Shown here in pieces: positions 1 to 10,330 of a DNA stretch of 64,000 nt. The position numbers and the translations under genes were made by a program. The DNA is from Naegleria gruberi (Eukaryota). The stretch is taken from assembly GCA_000004985.1 (NCBI GenBank), contig GG738893.1; one strand, given 5' to 3'. A model generated the notes under the pieces. The model was not told where the DNA came from. It saw only the letters and a list, made by a program, of their open reading frames with translations, and ran no database searches. Positions within the stretch are counted from its first letter, which is position 1. Every line of letters begins with the position of its first letter.

Positions 1-1
1 A

Positions 2-424
2 CAGGAAAAGATACGACAAGAAAAGTTGGAAATGGAAAGAAAAATCAAAGAAGCAGAGGAAAAGAAGAAGAAAATGGAAGAGGAGAGAAAACTCAAAGAG
101 GAGCAAGCAAAGAAGCAAAAGGAAGAGGAAGAGAAAAAGAAAAAAGAAGAAGAAGAAAAGAAGAAAAAGGAAGAAGAGGAGAAGAAGAAAAAAGAGGAGG
201 AAGAAAAGAAGAAACTTGAGGAAGAGAAGAAACTCAAAGAGGAGCAATTAAAAAAAGAAGAAGAAGAGAAGAAACAAAAGGAAGAACAAGAACGAAAGCA
301 AAATGAAGAGAAGAAACTCAAAGAGGAAACTGAAAACAAGAAACTAGATGAAGAAAATCAATCCAAGTCAACCAACAACTCTTCAATTAGTGCCGCTACC
401 TCATCCAATCCTAAATCTGCCTAA
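2..424 (+). CDS. 3' end of a gene truncated by the window edge: K/E-rich charged repeat region (EEEKKKK repeats) followed by an S/N-rich tail
   Basis: The frame is open from nt 2 with no upstream stop and ends with TAA at 422-424. The translation is highly repetitive (EEEEKKKK)n, so only the C-terminal part of the protein is inside the window. Confidence 0.45.
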   Translation, partial: QEKIRQEKLEMERKIKEAEEKKKKMEEERKLKEEQAKKQKEEEEKKKKEEEEKKKKEEEEKKKKEEEEKKKLEEEKKLKEEQLKKEEEEKKQKEEQERKQNEEKKLKEETENKKLDEENQSKSTNNSSISAATSSNPKSA

Positions 425-871
425 ATATAACAAATTACTAGGTCAATAAATTCTTATTCCAATCGACTTTTTTAAATAGATGAACAGTCACCAACAACTG
501 AGTGGAATACAAAGAAAGAAAGACGTTTCTGTTAAATATACCTTTTCTGGTGTGGAATGTTCTATCCACTAATCTGTCATCTTAAGGTTCTAATAAGGAA
601 AGAATGTAAAACAAACGCGCCAAATTCACCGTTGTGTTTTGTTATTAATACATGCACTTATTTGTTCTTGACGAATTCAGAATCAAACTCTTACTTTTGA
701 TTCCTCCAAAATAACCAAGAAGAAAAAAGATTAAACACACATCTTCTGGATATTTGCTTTTTTCCTTCTTTCTCTCTTTACAACAACAAACACACCAAAT
801 TTGCAACTTGTCAAGGAAGAAACCCAGACCTGACCCAATTCTTCAACACATTTCTAGCTGCAACAACCCAT

Positions 872-3800
872 TTGTTTGAAATTTCATATTTGGGTTATTC
901 TTCAAAGAAAATGCAAAGAATTACCATCTCAATGTTTGATGACCATAATAATAATAATAATTCTACTAATTACCAACAAGGAGAAGGGAATTCAACATCC
1001 TTAACTTCACCTCTCACTCTTCAACAATATGCTTCACCCAATCAAAATTTAATCACTCCTCTCACACCAAATACTGAATTGTTGAATAATGTAATCGAAT
1101 CTTTAAGGCAGGTTAAAATAGATGGACAACAATACTTGGATACATCAAATTATACAGATAATAGTAATGATGTTAATATATTTGGAGGTGTTTCATCATC
1201 AGCCATGAATTGGAATCATTTACTGTCGAACAACATGTATCAGCAACATCAGCAAGTTGAGCATGCCCATATGATTCAGACAGAAGAATCAAACAATTTT
1301 CATAATGGCAATACATGTAATTCCTCTTCATCATTCAGTAACAATGTAAATAATATCATCAAGGAAAGCAACACTAGTAGTGATGAAGCAAGCAACTTGT
1401 TCTCACTCTTTGATGCACATAGAAAGATTCTTCTATTTGATAATTTGATTGAGGGCGAGCTCATTCGGATGACTGACCGATCCGCTTCAATGAATCTGGA
1501 CAATAACGCCTTAATAGATTTAAGCGAAGATCGAATGAGAAATAGGAACTCCCAAAATCAAACCTCAGAAACCTCAATTCAGCAAATTTCCTTAGATTGT
1601 GACAATGCTTGTCAATCTCAAATTTCTGATATTTTCAATGTTTCACAAGCTCTTCAGAATATAACTAGCTTATCACCCTCAGATCAAAACCAATTATCAA
1701 GATTGATATGGACTGCTTTGATGAATAATTCTAATAATTCACTTACTGATGATTCATCAAAATCTTCATCATTCAATTCAATAGAAAATAATTCGGAATT
1801 GGGGAATAGTGGAGCATACAGAATGTTTGAATCATTTGAGGATGTGCAAATGCAATTTTCACAACATGTGGAAGCCCTAACTTTGCATCAAATGGTGGAT
1901 GAAGATAATTCCCCAACAACAAAATCCAAGTATAGTTCTCAGCCAGTACTAAATTCTAATGGCAGATACTCAATTGACAATTTGAGTAATTCAATGATAA
2001 TGCAAAATGGAAATTCCTCCTCAGTCATTCCTCATTACTCAGATAGTGTGGACATAACAACATTTCTTAATAATCAATTTTCTTCTTTACAAAATCAGAG
2101 TTTGGAATCATCTCAAAGCTCTACAATAATCAGAGGTAATACTGGTATCAGTCCAACATCACCTCAATCTCATTATTCAACACCAATGCAGCAACTTTCA
2201 GACTCTATGACTGAGTCCACACAACAACAATTCATTATCTCTCCGAAAGGCAACTTGAATAGAATATTCAATAATCCGCAACAGGCAACCACACCAAACT
2301 CAGTATTTGATGTTTCTATTAATACTCAACCCAAACAATCAACATTATCATCTCCTCGAAGAATTTCCTCATGTTCTTCATCGATGATATCCAGCAGCCA
2401 CTCACATACTTCCTCTACGAGATCCACTCCAACAACCATCTCGGAACAAACCCTCATTCAATCTACACCAATATTAACACCATCTGATACAAATCCAGGC
2501 CAAGATGAATGTATCCAACCACCACTCCTTCTTCCCAAAACTTCAACCCAAACCTGTTGTGGTGTTGGCAACAACATAAATTTCTCCCTTCCTGGTGATA
2601 GCGAAAGTGCGGCGGTGGTTAAACAATTTGGCAAGAATAATCAGTCAAAAAAATATTCAAACAACAATTTTAGTGAAACTACATTGCCACATACGAGTTG
2701 TGTTGTTAATAACGTTGTTGGTCAGCAGCATTTCATCACCACCACCACTACTAGCACCACTGAAAATCATAGTAGTCATCATAGTAACCCACTTGAGGCA
2801 TCATCTGTTTTAAATATTCAGAAAAGCCTTTCATTACAACAATCTTTAGATAGTAGTAATAGTCCTCGAGTTGTTGTACCATCACCAACATCAGGTAATT
2901 TTCACAACAGCAATCCTCCAACTTTGCTTTGCATCACATCAAAACCAACGGAAAGTAATTTGGACATTATCACCCAACAAACCCTTAACAATATCTCAAC
3001 CGATTATACAATGTCTTCACATTCTCCAATATCATCCTCTAACTCTAATGAACAAAATGGCCAAAACAAACAATATCAAGGGGTTATGCCATTAGAAGGA
3101 AATCAATCGACTTGGGGAGTTAAAGTAAATAGAAAATATAGACAATTAAGAAAATCTTTAAAGACATGCAAACATTTTGAGGATAATTATTTTGTTCTTG
3201 AATTAAACGGGCAAGGTAATAATCCTGGAAATCCATCAGCTGGACAACAACCACCAAAACCAAAAAAGCCAAAGGCTAAAGCTCAACCACATGCTAATCA
3301 TGATGATAAAAAACCATCCATACCGATTCCTTACAAGGAACAAGTTAATTTGATGGGAGAATTTAGTGTAGCTAAAAGTATAGATGATGAGGTTCTTCCT
3401 CTATCAGTTTTAAATAGATCCGAAGAGAGTGATTTATATCTCACAACTCCTAACAGTACAAGTTCAGCATCTTCAAGGTCTAGCTCGGCTAAGGATATGA
3501 CTAAAAAGAAGAGAAAGAATACCTCTCAAGAACCAACGAGAAAGAATAGAAAAAAGGATTCAGAACAAGAAATGTCACTTGGTGGATTAGATTCTACCTA
3601 TAATCATGATATTTTACCTAGTATCAATATGACACTTAATCTTGCTCCAATGCAAACAATACCTTCATTAGATAATTCAGAAATTATGAATTTTAATAAG
3701 GTTACCCCTGATATAATGTCCTATCAACCAAATAATAATATTCATCATCACCAACAACAAATTCCTTCCCTAATTTCACCACACAAACCTCTAGACTACC

Positions 3801-4663
3801 AACCAATAACTCCAAATTTAATTAATTATGAAAATACCACCTCATCAAGCCCACATATCATCAACTTTGAAAATCAAGCCTCCTCAACAAATCAAATTAA
3901 TAACCAAGCAGAAAATAGAAATCTATTTAGTTCAGGGTTTCCTTCAAACAGCAGCTTTGGATTATTTTCTACAAATGAAGATTTTACAACAATGAAATTA
4001 CCAAGCAATAGTAGTATTGACAGCTTTTTCAAGGCAGATCTGACGGATGAAAAGGCAACAAATATGCCTAGAAATATGTCTTCCAGTTCTGACTTTTTAC
4101 CTTTGGAAGAAACCATCGTTCATCACCTTCCTATTACAAATTCAAATATGAATAATCACCATCCAATTCACCCTATTACTGCCACACAGACTCAAATAGT
4201 CCCACCAAAAATCGATATTAAACCACCCAAAAAAGAAGTTGAAAAGAATCATCTCACTAGATGTATGAGTCATGCAAGTTTGTCAATGTTAGATGAAGAA
4301 GAGGAGGAAGAACCTGTTCCTGTTGTAAACAATAATATTTCTAATATTCCTTCAATAGCCATTTCCACAAAAGAAATTCACCATTTGGCTCAAGAACCAA
4401 CTATGGAGGATATTAAGAGTAAGAGTCCACTAATAACCCCATTGAATGCTGTTTTATATAAGAATATTTCTGTGAGTAATATGGATTTGGTAAAATTGGA
4501 TGTACCAAGTGCTTGTGTGCTACGACCAATTCCATCAGAATCAATGATAGAGAAAGATCACGCACATTGGATTAATGAAATCAAAACACTGCCTTCGAAT
4601 GATTCTCTGGCAAATATGGCTATAGTTGATTTTGATATTCTTTCTGAAACAAAAAAGCATTAA
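872..4663 (+). CDS. Large (about 1260 aa) N/S/Q/T-rich low-complexity protein; no recognisable catalytic domain
   Basis: Single uninterrupted 3.8-kb ORF on the + strand. Codon usage matches neighbouring genes (AAT for Asn, CAA for Gln, AGA for Arg). It carries poly-N, poly-S and poly-H/Q tracts. The first ATG may lie at 872 or at the MQRITIS methionine a few codons downstream. Confidence 0.6.
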   Translation: MFEISYLGYSSKKMQRITISMFDDHNNNNNSTNYQQGEGNSTSLTSPLTLQQYASPNQNLITPLTPNTELLNNVIESLRQVKIDGQQYLDTSNYTDNSNDVNIFGGVSSSAMNWNHLLSNNMYQQHQQVEHAHMIQTEESNNFHNGNTCNSSSSFSNNVNNIIKESNTSSDEASNLFSLFDAHRKILLFDNLIEGELIRMTDRSASMNLDNNALIDLSEDRMRNRNSQNQTSETSIQQISLDCDNACQSQISDIFNVSQALQNITSLSPSDQNQLSRLIWTALMNNSNNSLTDDSSKSSSFNSIENNSELGNSGAYRMFESFEDVQMQFSQHVEALTLHQMVDEDNSPTTKSKYSSQPVLNSNGRYSIDNLSNSMIMQNGNSSSVIPHYSDSVDITTFLNNQFSSLQNQSLESSQSSTIIRGNTGISPTSPQSHYSTPMQQLSDSMTESTQQQFIISPKGNLNRIFNNPQQATTPNSVFDVSINTQPKQSTLSSPRRISSCSSSMISSSHSHTSSTRSTPTTISEQTLIQSTPILTPSDTNPGQDECIQPPLLLPKTSTQTCCGVGNNINFSLPGDSESAAVVKQFGKNNQSKKYSNNNFSETTLPHTSCVVNNVVGQQHFITTTTTSTTENHSSHHSNPLEASSVLNIQKSLSLQQSLDSSNSPRVVVPSPTSGNFHNSNPPTLLCITSKPTESNLDIITQQTLNNISTDYTMSSHSPISSSNSNEQNGQNKQYQGVMPLEGNQSTWGVKVNRKYRQLRKSLKTCKHFEDNYFVLELNGQGNNPGNPSAGQQPPKPKKPKAKAQPHANHDDKKPSIPIPYKEQVNLMGEFSVAKSIDDEVLPLSVLNRSEESDLYLTTPNSTSSASSRSSSAKDMTKKKRKNTSQEPTRKNRKKDSEQEMSLGGLDSTYNHDILPSINMTLNLAPMQTIPSLDNSEIMNFNKVTPDIMSYQPNNNIHHHQQQIPSLISPHKPLDYQPITPNLINYENTTSSSPHIINFENQASSTNQINNQAENRNLFSSGFPSNSSFGLFSTNEDFTTMKLPSNSSIDSFFKADLTDEKATNMPRNMSSSSDFLPLEETIVHHLPITNSNMNNHHPIHPITATQTQIVPPKIDIKPPKKEVEKNHLTRCMSHASLSMLDEEEEEEPVPVVNNNISNIPSIAISTKEIHHLAQEPTMEDIKSKSPLITPLNAVLYKNISVSNMDLVKLDVPSACVLRPIPSESMIEKDHAHWINEIKTLPSNDSLANMAIVDFDILSETKKH

Positions 4664-4675
4664 AAAATATCATAT

Positions 4676-6959
4676 TTATTTCCATTGAGGTTTTGCATAT
4701 TTAGTCTCTGCTTGTTGCTGCTGTCTCAACAAACTCATAGAGTTGGCTATTTTCTTAATATATTCTGGTGATTTGTGAATTACAGGTTTAAAGCTACACT
4801 CTGCCATCTCGCGTTGATCTTTTTCCTTCTCCATTTCTTCCAATTTCTTTTTGGTATTTTGGCTTCTTGTTTCCAATCTTTCTTTATGACTCTGCGGCGA
4901 ATAGTTCAAGATACCTGTACTCCTAGCGATTGAGGGTTTGAAGGTTGTTTCTTGTTTGAGTTTTAGCTCTGCTTCTTCCCTTTGTTGCTTAATTCTGTGG
5001 GCAATCTTTTCTTGATCACCCTTGCAAAGTTGATCAATTGTTTTACTCGGTTTAGATTTTGCCCTTTCAGTAATGAAGGGCTTAAATGAAAATTGTTCTT
5101 CTTCCTTTTCGTTCTGTAATTTGGTGTGATTAAAAAAAATTGAAGAATAAACTTACAATCTTCTTCCTATGCTTCAGAATTTCATTCCTCTTCTCTTGAT
5201 CCAAACCATGAAATATTTCCATACTCTTATTATTCAAAGCTGGTTTGTAGGAAAACTCTGTCTGTCTAATGAAATCAATCTTTTCCTCCTTCTTTGATAA
5301 TGTTTGATTTTGTCTTTTTAAAAACTCTTCAAAATTTCCTGTTGGTCTATATTTTCCAGCAGATTTAGGCCTAGATTCCTTATTTTGATTTTTCCTTTTG
5401 ATAACTGTATCATCAGACGCTAAACGCCTGCTGAGTCTTAAAAACGGATCTTCTGATAAGTACTTAATACTCGATTGATGTGAAACTTTTGGATCTAAGG
5501 TATTAGGTTTGAAAGTATAATCAATAGATTCATCTTTCTTTTTCTCGATTGGTTTCTTAGGTTCTAAATACTTAGGTTGAGCATTTGAGCTCTTAATTTT
5601 TGGTTTAAATGTACACGTTTTTCTAAATTCATCTTCACTTAGTTTGTATCTATTCTCATCGATTTTGTCCATCACTCTGAATGAATCAACATAAAGCCTA
5701 TCATACACTCCAACTTCTTCATCAAGTTTTCGAAGTGAGATTGGATTAATTTCTGGTTTAAATGAGCAGTCTTTCTTTAGCGAGTCTTGCAGCGCCTTCT
5801 CCATTGTTTTTTTATCTTGTTCTACCTTTTCCTTCCATCTACTCGCTCTTTCAACAAAAGATTCTGTCTCTATTATTGCACTATTATATTTGCTAATGTT
5901 TGGATGAAAAGTACATTCAGCCATTTTCTTTGAATCATCTTCTAGAGATTTGTCCAAATTTCTCTTTCGTTTGTCGAGAGAAAAGCTGAACGGCACTGGT
6001 TTTGTTAGTGTCTTCTTTTCCAATTGTTTTGTCGGTGATGATTTCATTGGAGAGGTATATTGGTTCAATAAATTAATGGATGACTCAGATTTGAAATTTG
6101 TTGATCTCTGATTGTTATATTGTGGAGATGAATAGGAATCAATTTTCTTTTCAGGGCTATTTCCTTGCAACAGTTTGCTTATCATTGAATCTATTTGTTT
6201 CAGTTGTTCACTTGTTTCTGCTATTGAAGAAACATTGGAAAGATGGCTAACATTATGTGAAGGCGATTTCGGAATAATCTGAACTTTCCCACTCTTTTTC
6301 AAGCCATCATCACTGCCATAACTTAAATTAAGCATACTCTTCCCAACTCTACTATTTTCAGGAGATTTTTCTTTTGATTTTGTTTGAGAATTAGACTCTG
6401 TGAAGGAGCAATATTGTTCAATAAATTTAGCAATTTCACTCCTTTCCTCATCTTCAACATATGAAGCTGCATCAGATACAAAATTTCCATCAGACTGTTC
6501 AATAACTCCCAATGCTTCTAACATTGATTCCCTTTCCTTATCATTATTATCAATCATGTCCAAGAAGTGATGATAATGAACATGTTTTTCTTTCGGGCTC
6601 TTTTGTTTACTTTGATCCTCAGCTGTAATGATATTCCACATTGGTTGGTTATTTTCATCCGGTTCTTCATCATCCTCATGGAATGAACGCTTTTCCATTC
6701 CATCATCTTCCTCATTACTCATTCCATCATCCTCAGAAAGCGATAAATCATCAATACTCTGATGTAAATCAAAATCAAACTTTTCTCCTACTCTGGAAAA
6801 TAAGGCTTTTTGTTTCTGAAATTCCTCATCTACATCGTCAATATTTCTTCCCTTATATAAAAATTGATATTTCTGGAGAGGAGTTTGTTCCAAAGATGAT
6901 GATGAAGTATTTCGCTGCTTCTGCTCGACAGTATCAAACAGAGCGCCATTTCTACTCAT
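4676..6959 (-). CDS. Two-exon gene, complement(join(4676..5113,5157..6959)): about 747-aa protein with at least 9 copies of a short C/T-x-F-K/H-P-x-I motif (AECTFHPNI, DCSFKPEI, KTCTFKPKI, DYTFKPNT, EFSYKPAL, EEQFSFKPFI, ETTFKPSI, AECSFKPVI) separated by charged linkers
   Basis: The ORFs 5130..6959 and 4676..4909 are joined by a 43-nt intron (GTAAGT...ACAG on the minus strand, + coordinates 5114..5156). The junction is in phase (AAG ATT | AAC GAA). The upstream ORF otherwise reads into intron as VSLFFNFF*. The motif repeats continue across the splice. Confidence 0.65.
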
Positions 6960-7195
6960 TTTATTTTGATGATGATTTAAGCGAAGCTCACTGTAGCCTT
7001 TTTATTGTATGTTTTCAAAGTCTGTTTGAAATTATCATAAATTGTATGAGTTTTAAAAATTGCCGCCAAAATTTCTAAAGAATCAATAAGTACAAATGGA
7101 GGGAAAAGTTACTTATTGATTATTTCTGATTCAACTAATGATAACAAATAGTGTTGCTCTCTCCTTATTAATTGAGTAATCATCATGTGATTCAT

Positions 7196-8697
7196 CTATT
7201 TTTTCGAAGATGGTTGTTTAGAATTTCTTCTAATCATTTCAACTGTGGTGGCAACATTTTGTTCAGTTTGTTGAAGGGCACCAGCTTTGTTTTCATTTCT
7301 ATTCTTCAATTGTCCACATGCACCAAGAATATCTTGTCCTTTGCTGTGTCTTACCGGTGCTGAGATTCCATTCTTGTAGAGGTATTTGGAAAATTCTTCA
7401 ATTCTTTCATCTGATGAGCATTCAAATCCACTTCCTTCCCATTCATTAAATGCAATCAAATTGACTGAACATGGAATGTCTTTAACCAATTTTACAAGAC
7501 GTTTGGCATCGTCAATAAAGTCATTCACATGATTCAACATGACATATTCGAAAGTGATATGTCTATTATTGTTTTTGAAGCATTGCTCTCTAAGGGTTTC
7601 AAATAAAACCTCCAGAGGGAAAATCTTATTAATTGGCACAATGTTATCTCTCAATTCATTGGTTGTGGCGTGAAGACTGATTGCTAAATTCACTCCCAAA
7701 TCATTGACAACATCTGGAATCAAGTTACATACTCCAGAAGTACTCACAATGATTTTTCTCTTTGAAATTCCACATCCATCACTCAAAATTTCAATGGCCT
7801 TTTTAACATTTTTGTAATTACTGCAATTAAAGGATTATGGTAAATTATTTAAATAATGAAATCAAAAACCTACTAGAGTGGTTCTCCTTCTCCCATAAAT
7901 ACAATATTATTAACAAATGATTTTTCAATAGAGGCTCTCTTTCTTTCTTCCTCTGTCATGTATATTGGAAAGTCCATCAATCTATGTTTAACTGAAACTA
8001 ATTGGCTTACAATTTCTGAAGCCAATAAATTTCTCTCAATAGGAGCTGTTCCAGTTCTGCAAAACTTACAATTCAATGAACATCCAACCTGACTACTCAA
8101 ACACACAGTTCCTCTTCCAAAACTATCACTAGCTTTTGGTGGATGGTAAATATATACTGCCTCAACTTTGTTAAATTGTTTTTGTTCTTTGAGAGTTGGT
8201 TTCTTCATTGGTGAAATTGCAACATCAGCATCAGAAATATTCTGTTGATTACCACATGATGACGATGCTGATGAAGTGGTGGAAACAATTGTACTATCAA
8301 CACTATTATCTGCAACAGGTGGCACATATTTTGGATTTTGAAAAGCAAATAAAAACTTTCTCGTGTGTTTATCCTTCTTGGATTTAATTTCTTCCTCAAT
8401 ATTTCCCAAAATATCAATAGAGTATAGTTCCGATAATGATTGACGATCGGATTTGGTCAAGACTGTAATATCATCAAATTTTCTGGCTCCAAACTTGTAT
8501 ATGAATTTATAAATTTCATTCAATCGGAATGATGATGCAACATGTGGATGAGTCTTTTCCAATATTTCCTTCATTTCTGTCTTGTTTAATCCCATCAGGG
8601 ATTTTCTAACAATTTGTGTTGAATAGAATCTGTGTTGAAAGTTTCCATTGATGACAATTTGTCGAGCACATAAATTTCCTAAAATCAATTTTTGCAT
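7196..8697 (-). CDS. RlmN/Cfr-family radical SAM RNA methyltransferase (23S rRNA m2A2503 / tRNA m2A37 type), two exons complement(join(7196..7820,7874..8697)), with N-terminal extension
   Basis: The CxxxCxxC cluster (CSLNCKFCRTG) is followed by FMGEGEPL(Y) and then ISLHATTNELRDNIVPINK...FEYVMLNHVNDF...IPCSVNLIAFNEW...ACGQL, which aligns along the whole length of bacterial RlmN. A 53-nt intron (GTAGGT...TTGCAG) splits MGEGEPL|YNYKNV in phase 2. N-terminal residues MQKLILGNLCARQIV...RFYS look like an organelle-targeting presequence. An S/T-rich insert precedes the Cys cluster. Confidence 0.8.
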
Positions 8698-9082
8698 TTT
8701 TTTTCAATCAAATTAAATTTTGAATTTTTTAATAAATTGGAATGAATAATGCTCTTTCCTAATAAATTCCATTCTGAAGAGTTGTGCTGAAATATGAAAT
8801 ACTATTCATTGTTAAATAACAACATTCTCAAACCAAACAAACCAATCATTGTTCTATCAATTAAAGAGCTAGACCATTCTTCTTCTTTCTAATAAATTCC
8901 TCAAATACAAATAGTTATCTTTGTAGTTTACTAACTACATCATCCTTTCCCTGTTACACACAGTCACTGAACTTTGCGTGATAGAGTGGTCGTGTCACTA
9001 AATTTGTTCTCAATCACTATCGAAACTCCACTTAACTCGTTACCCTGTCAGTTTAACTGCACTTCTATCACATACAAAAAAA

Positions 9083-9982
9083 ATGATGAAAAACCTCTCA
9101 TCCAAAATTATAGCAAGTTTGCTCTTGTTGAGTTTGGTTGTTCTCTTTACATTTGTTTCATCAACAAATGCCAAGAAGAGCGAATCATCCTTGTCAACTC
9201 AACTCGCCTCTGCTTTTAAACTTGAAAAGAAGCAAAGAAAGAAGACAAGAACATCAAAGAGAAGACCAGTTAGTAAACGTCTTTTGAAGAAGAGACGTCA
9301 ACTCTGTCGTAGAATTAGACTTGTCAAGAAGCAAATTAAAAAACTCACATTCAAGATTGCTAAAGCCTCTGATAGAGCCATGACCAAGATTGTTAGAAAG
9401 ATCAAGGTTAGAAAACTCTTGCTCCGTGCTTTGAGAAGAAAGCTCAGATCACTCAAGAGAAAGATTCAAAGAAAGCAAAGAAAGGTCAAGAAATCTCAAA
9501 AGAAGAATCGTCGTTTGACTTCTACCTTGAGAAAGCTCAAGAGAAAGGTCCTTAGATTGGCCAGAAAGCAACAACAAAAGAGAAGATCACCAAGAAGAAG
9601 ACCAAGAATTATCATCCTTGCATTCAATCGTGCTCAATTCTTCAACAAATTGGTGAGAAATAGCAAACATCGTTTCTATGGAAAGAGAGGATTCAGAAAG
9701 TATGCTCGTTTGTTGAGTTTACTCAAATTGGTCAGAGCTAAGAAGGCTGCTTTGACAAAGAAGAGAAACTTCTACGCAAAGAAGGAAAAGAGAATTGTCT
9801 CCTTGTTGAGAAAATTAAAACAAAGATGGTCTGTTGGAAGAAGTAGAAGATCATCAAAGAGAACCAAGATTACAAGAATTGTCTTGAGAAATGTTGACTC
9901 AAAGAAGAAGGTTAAACTCGTCATTCCAAAGAGATTGAAGAAGAAGGTTAAGAAGATTGTTGTTTATAGTGTTAAACAATAA
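9083..9982 (+). CDS. Secreted (signal-peptide-bearing), extremely basic K/R-rich 299-aa protein
   Basis: N-terminus MMKNLSSKIIASLLLLSLVVLFTFVSSTNA|KK is a canonical ER signal peptide. The remainder is about 40% Lys+Arg with no acidic stretches. Codon usage is mixed (aag, aga, cgt, ttg, ctc) rather than plain A-runs, arguing for a real CDS. It is transcribed divergently from the RlmN-like gene, sharing a 385-bp promoter region. Confidence 0.55.
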   Translation: MMKNLSSKIIASLLLLSLVVLFTFVSSTNAKKSESSLSTQLASAFKLEKKQRKKTRTSKRRPVSKRLLKKRRQLCRRIRLVKKQIKKLTFKIAKASDRAMTKIVRKIKVRKLLLRALRRKLRSLKRKIQRKQRKVKKSQKKNRRLTSTLRKLKRKVLRLARKQQQKRRSPRRRPRIIILAFNRAQFFNKLVRNSKHRFYGKRGFRKYARLLSLLKLVRAKKAALTKKRNFYAKKEKRIVSLLRKLKQRWSVGRSRRSSKRTKITRIVLRNVDSKKKVKLVIPKRLKKKVKKIVVYSVKQ

Positions 9983-10330
9983 ATATTTAATTTGAATTTC
10001 CTTAAATTGATGAAATAGTTTACAGTTTTTAGGTGGTATGGAAATAATTATTTAATTAGTTGATGATTATGAAAATAACTGTAATTACTTCGGTATGTTC
10101 TGTTAAAGAATGAACATTCTCGCGTTATTGAAACCAATCCAGTTCACGTAGGCGAATGATGACGATTCTTGACGAAACTCAAATAAAAGTTTGTATTATT
10201 AATATCAATAATAAAACAATAGAATTTTCAATCTTGCGTAACAAACAACCATTAGATCATCATAATTAAATTTTGTCACTTGTCTTAGCCAATAGGGAGC
10301 CTTTCGAATAATTAACCATCATAAAAAAAA

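Noticed and set aside
6641-7078. ORF-track entry 6641..7078 (+, 145 aa) and similar entries 1300..1503, 2595..2813, 3892..4116, 11144..11451, 13110..13355 and 16817..17149
   Set aside because: These are antisense or alternate-frame shadows inside longer, homology-supported or codon-usage-consistent genes. Their translations are low-complexity with no motifs.
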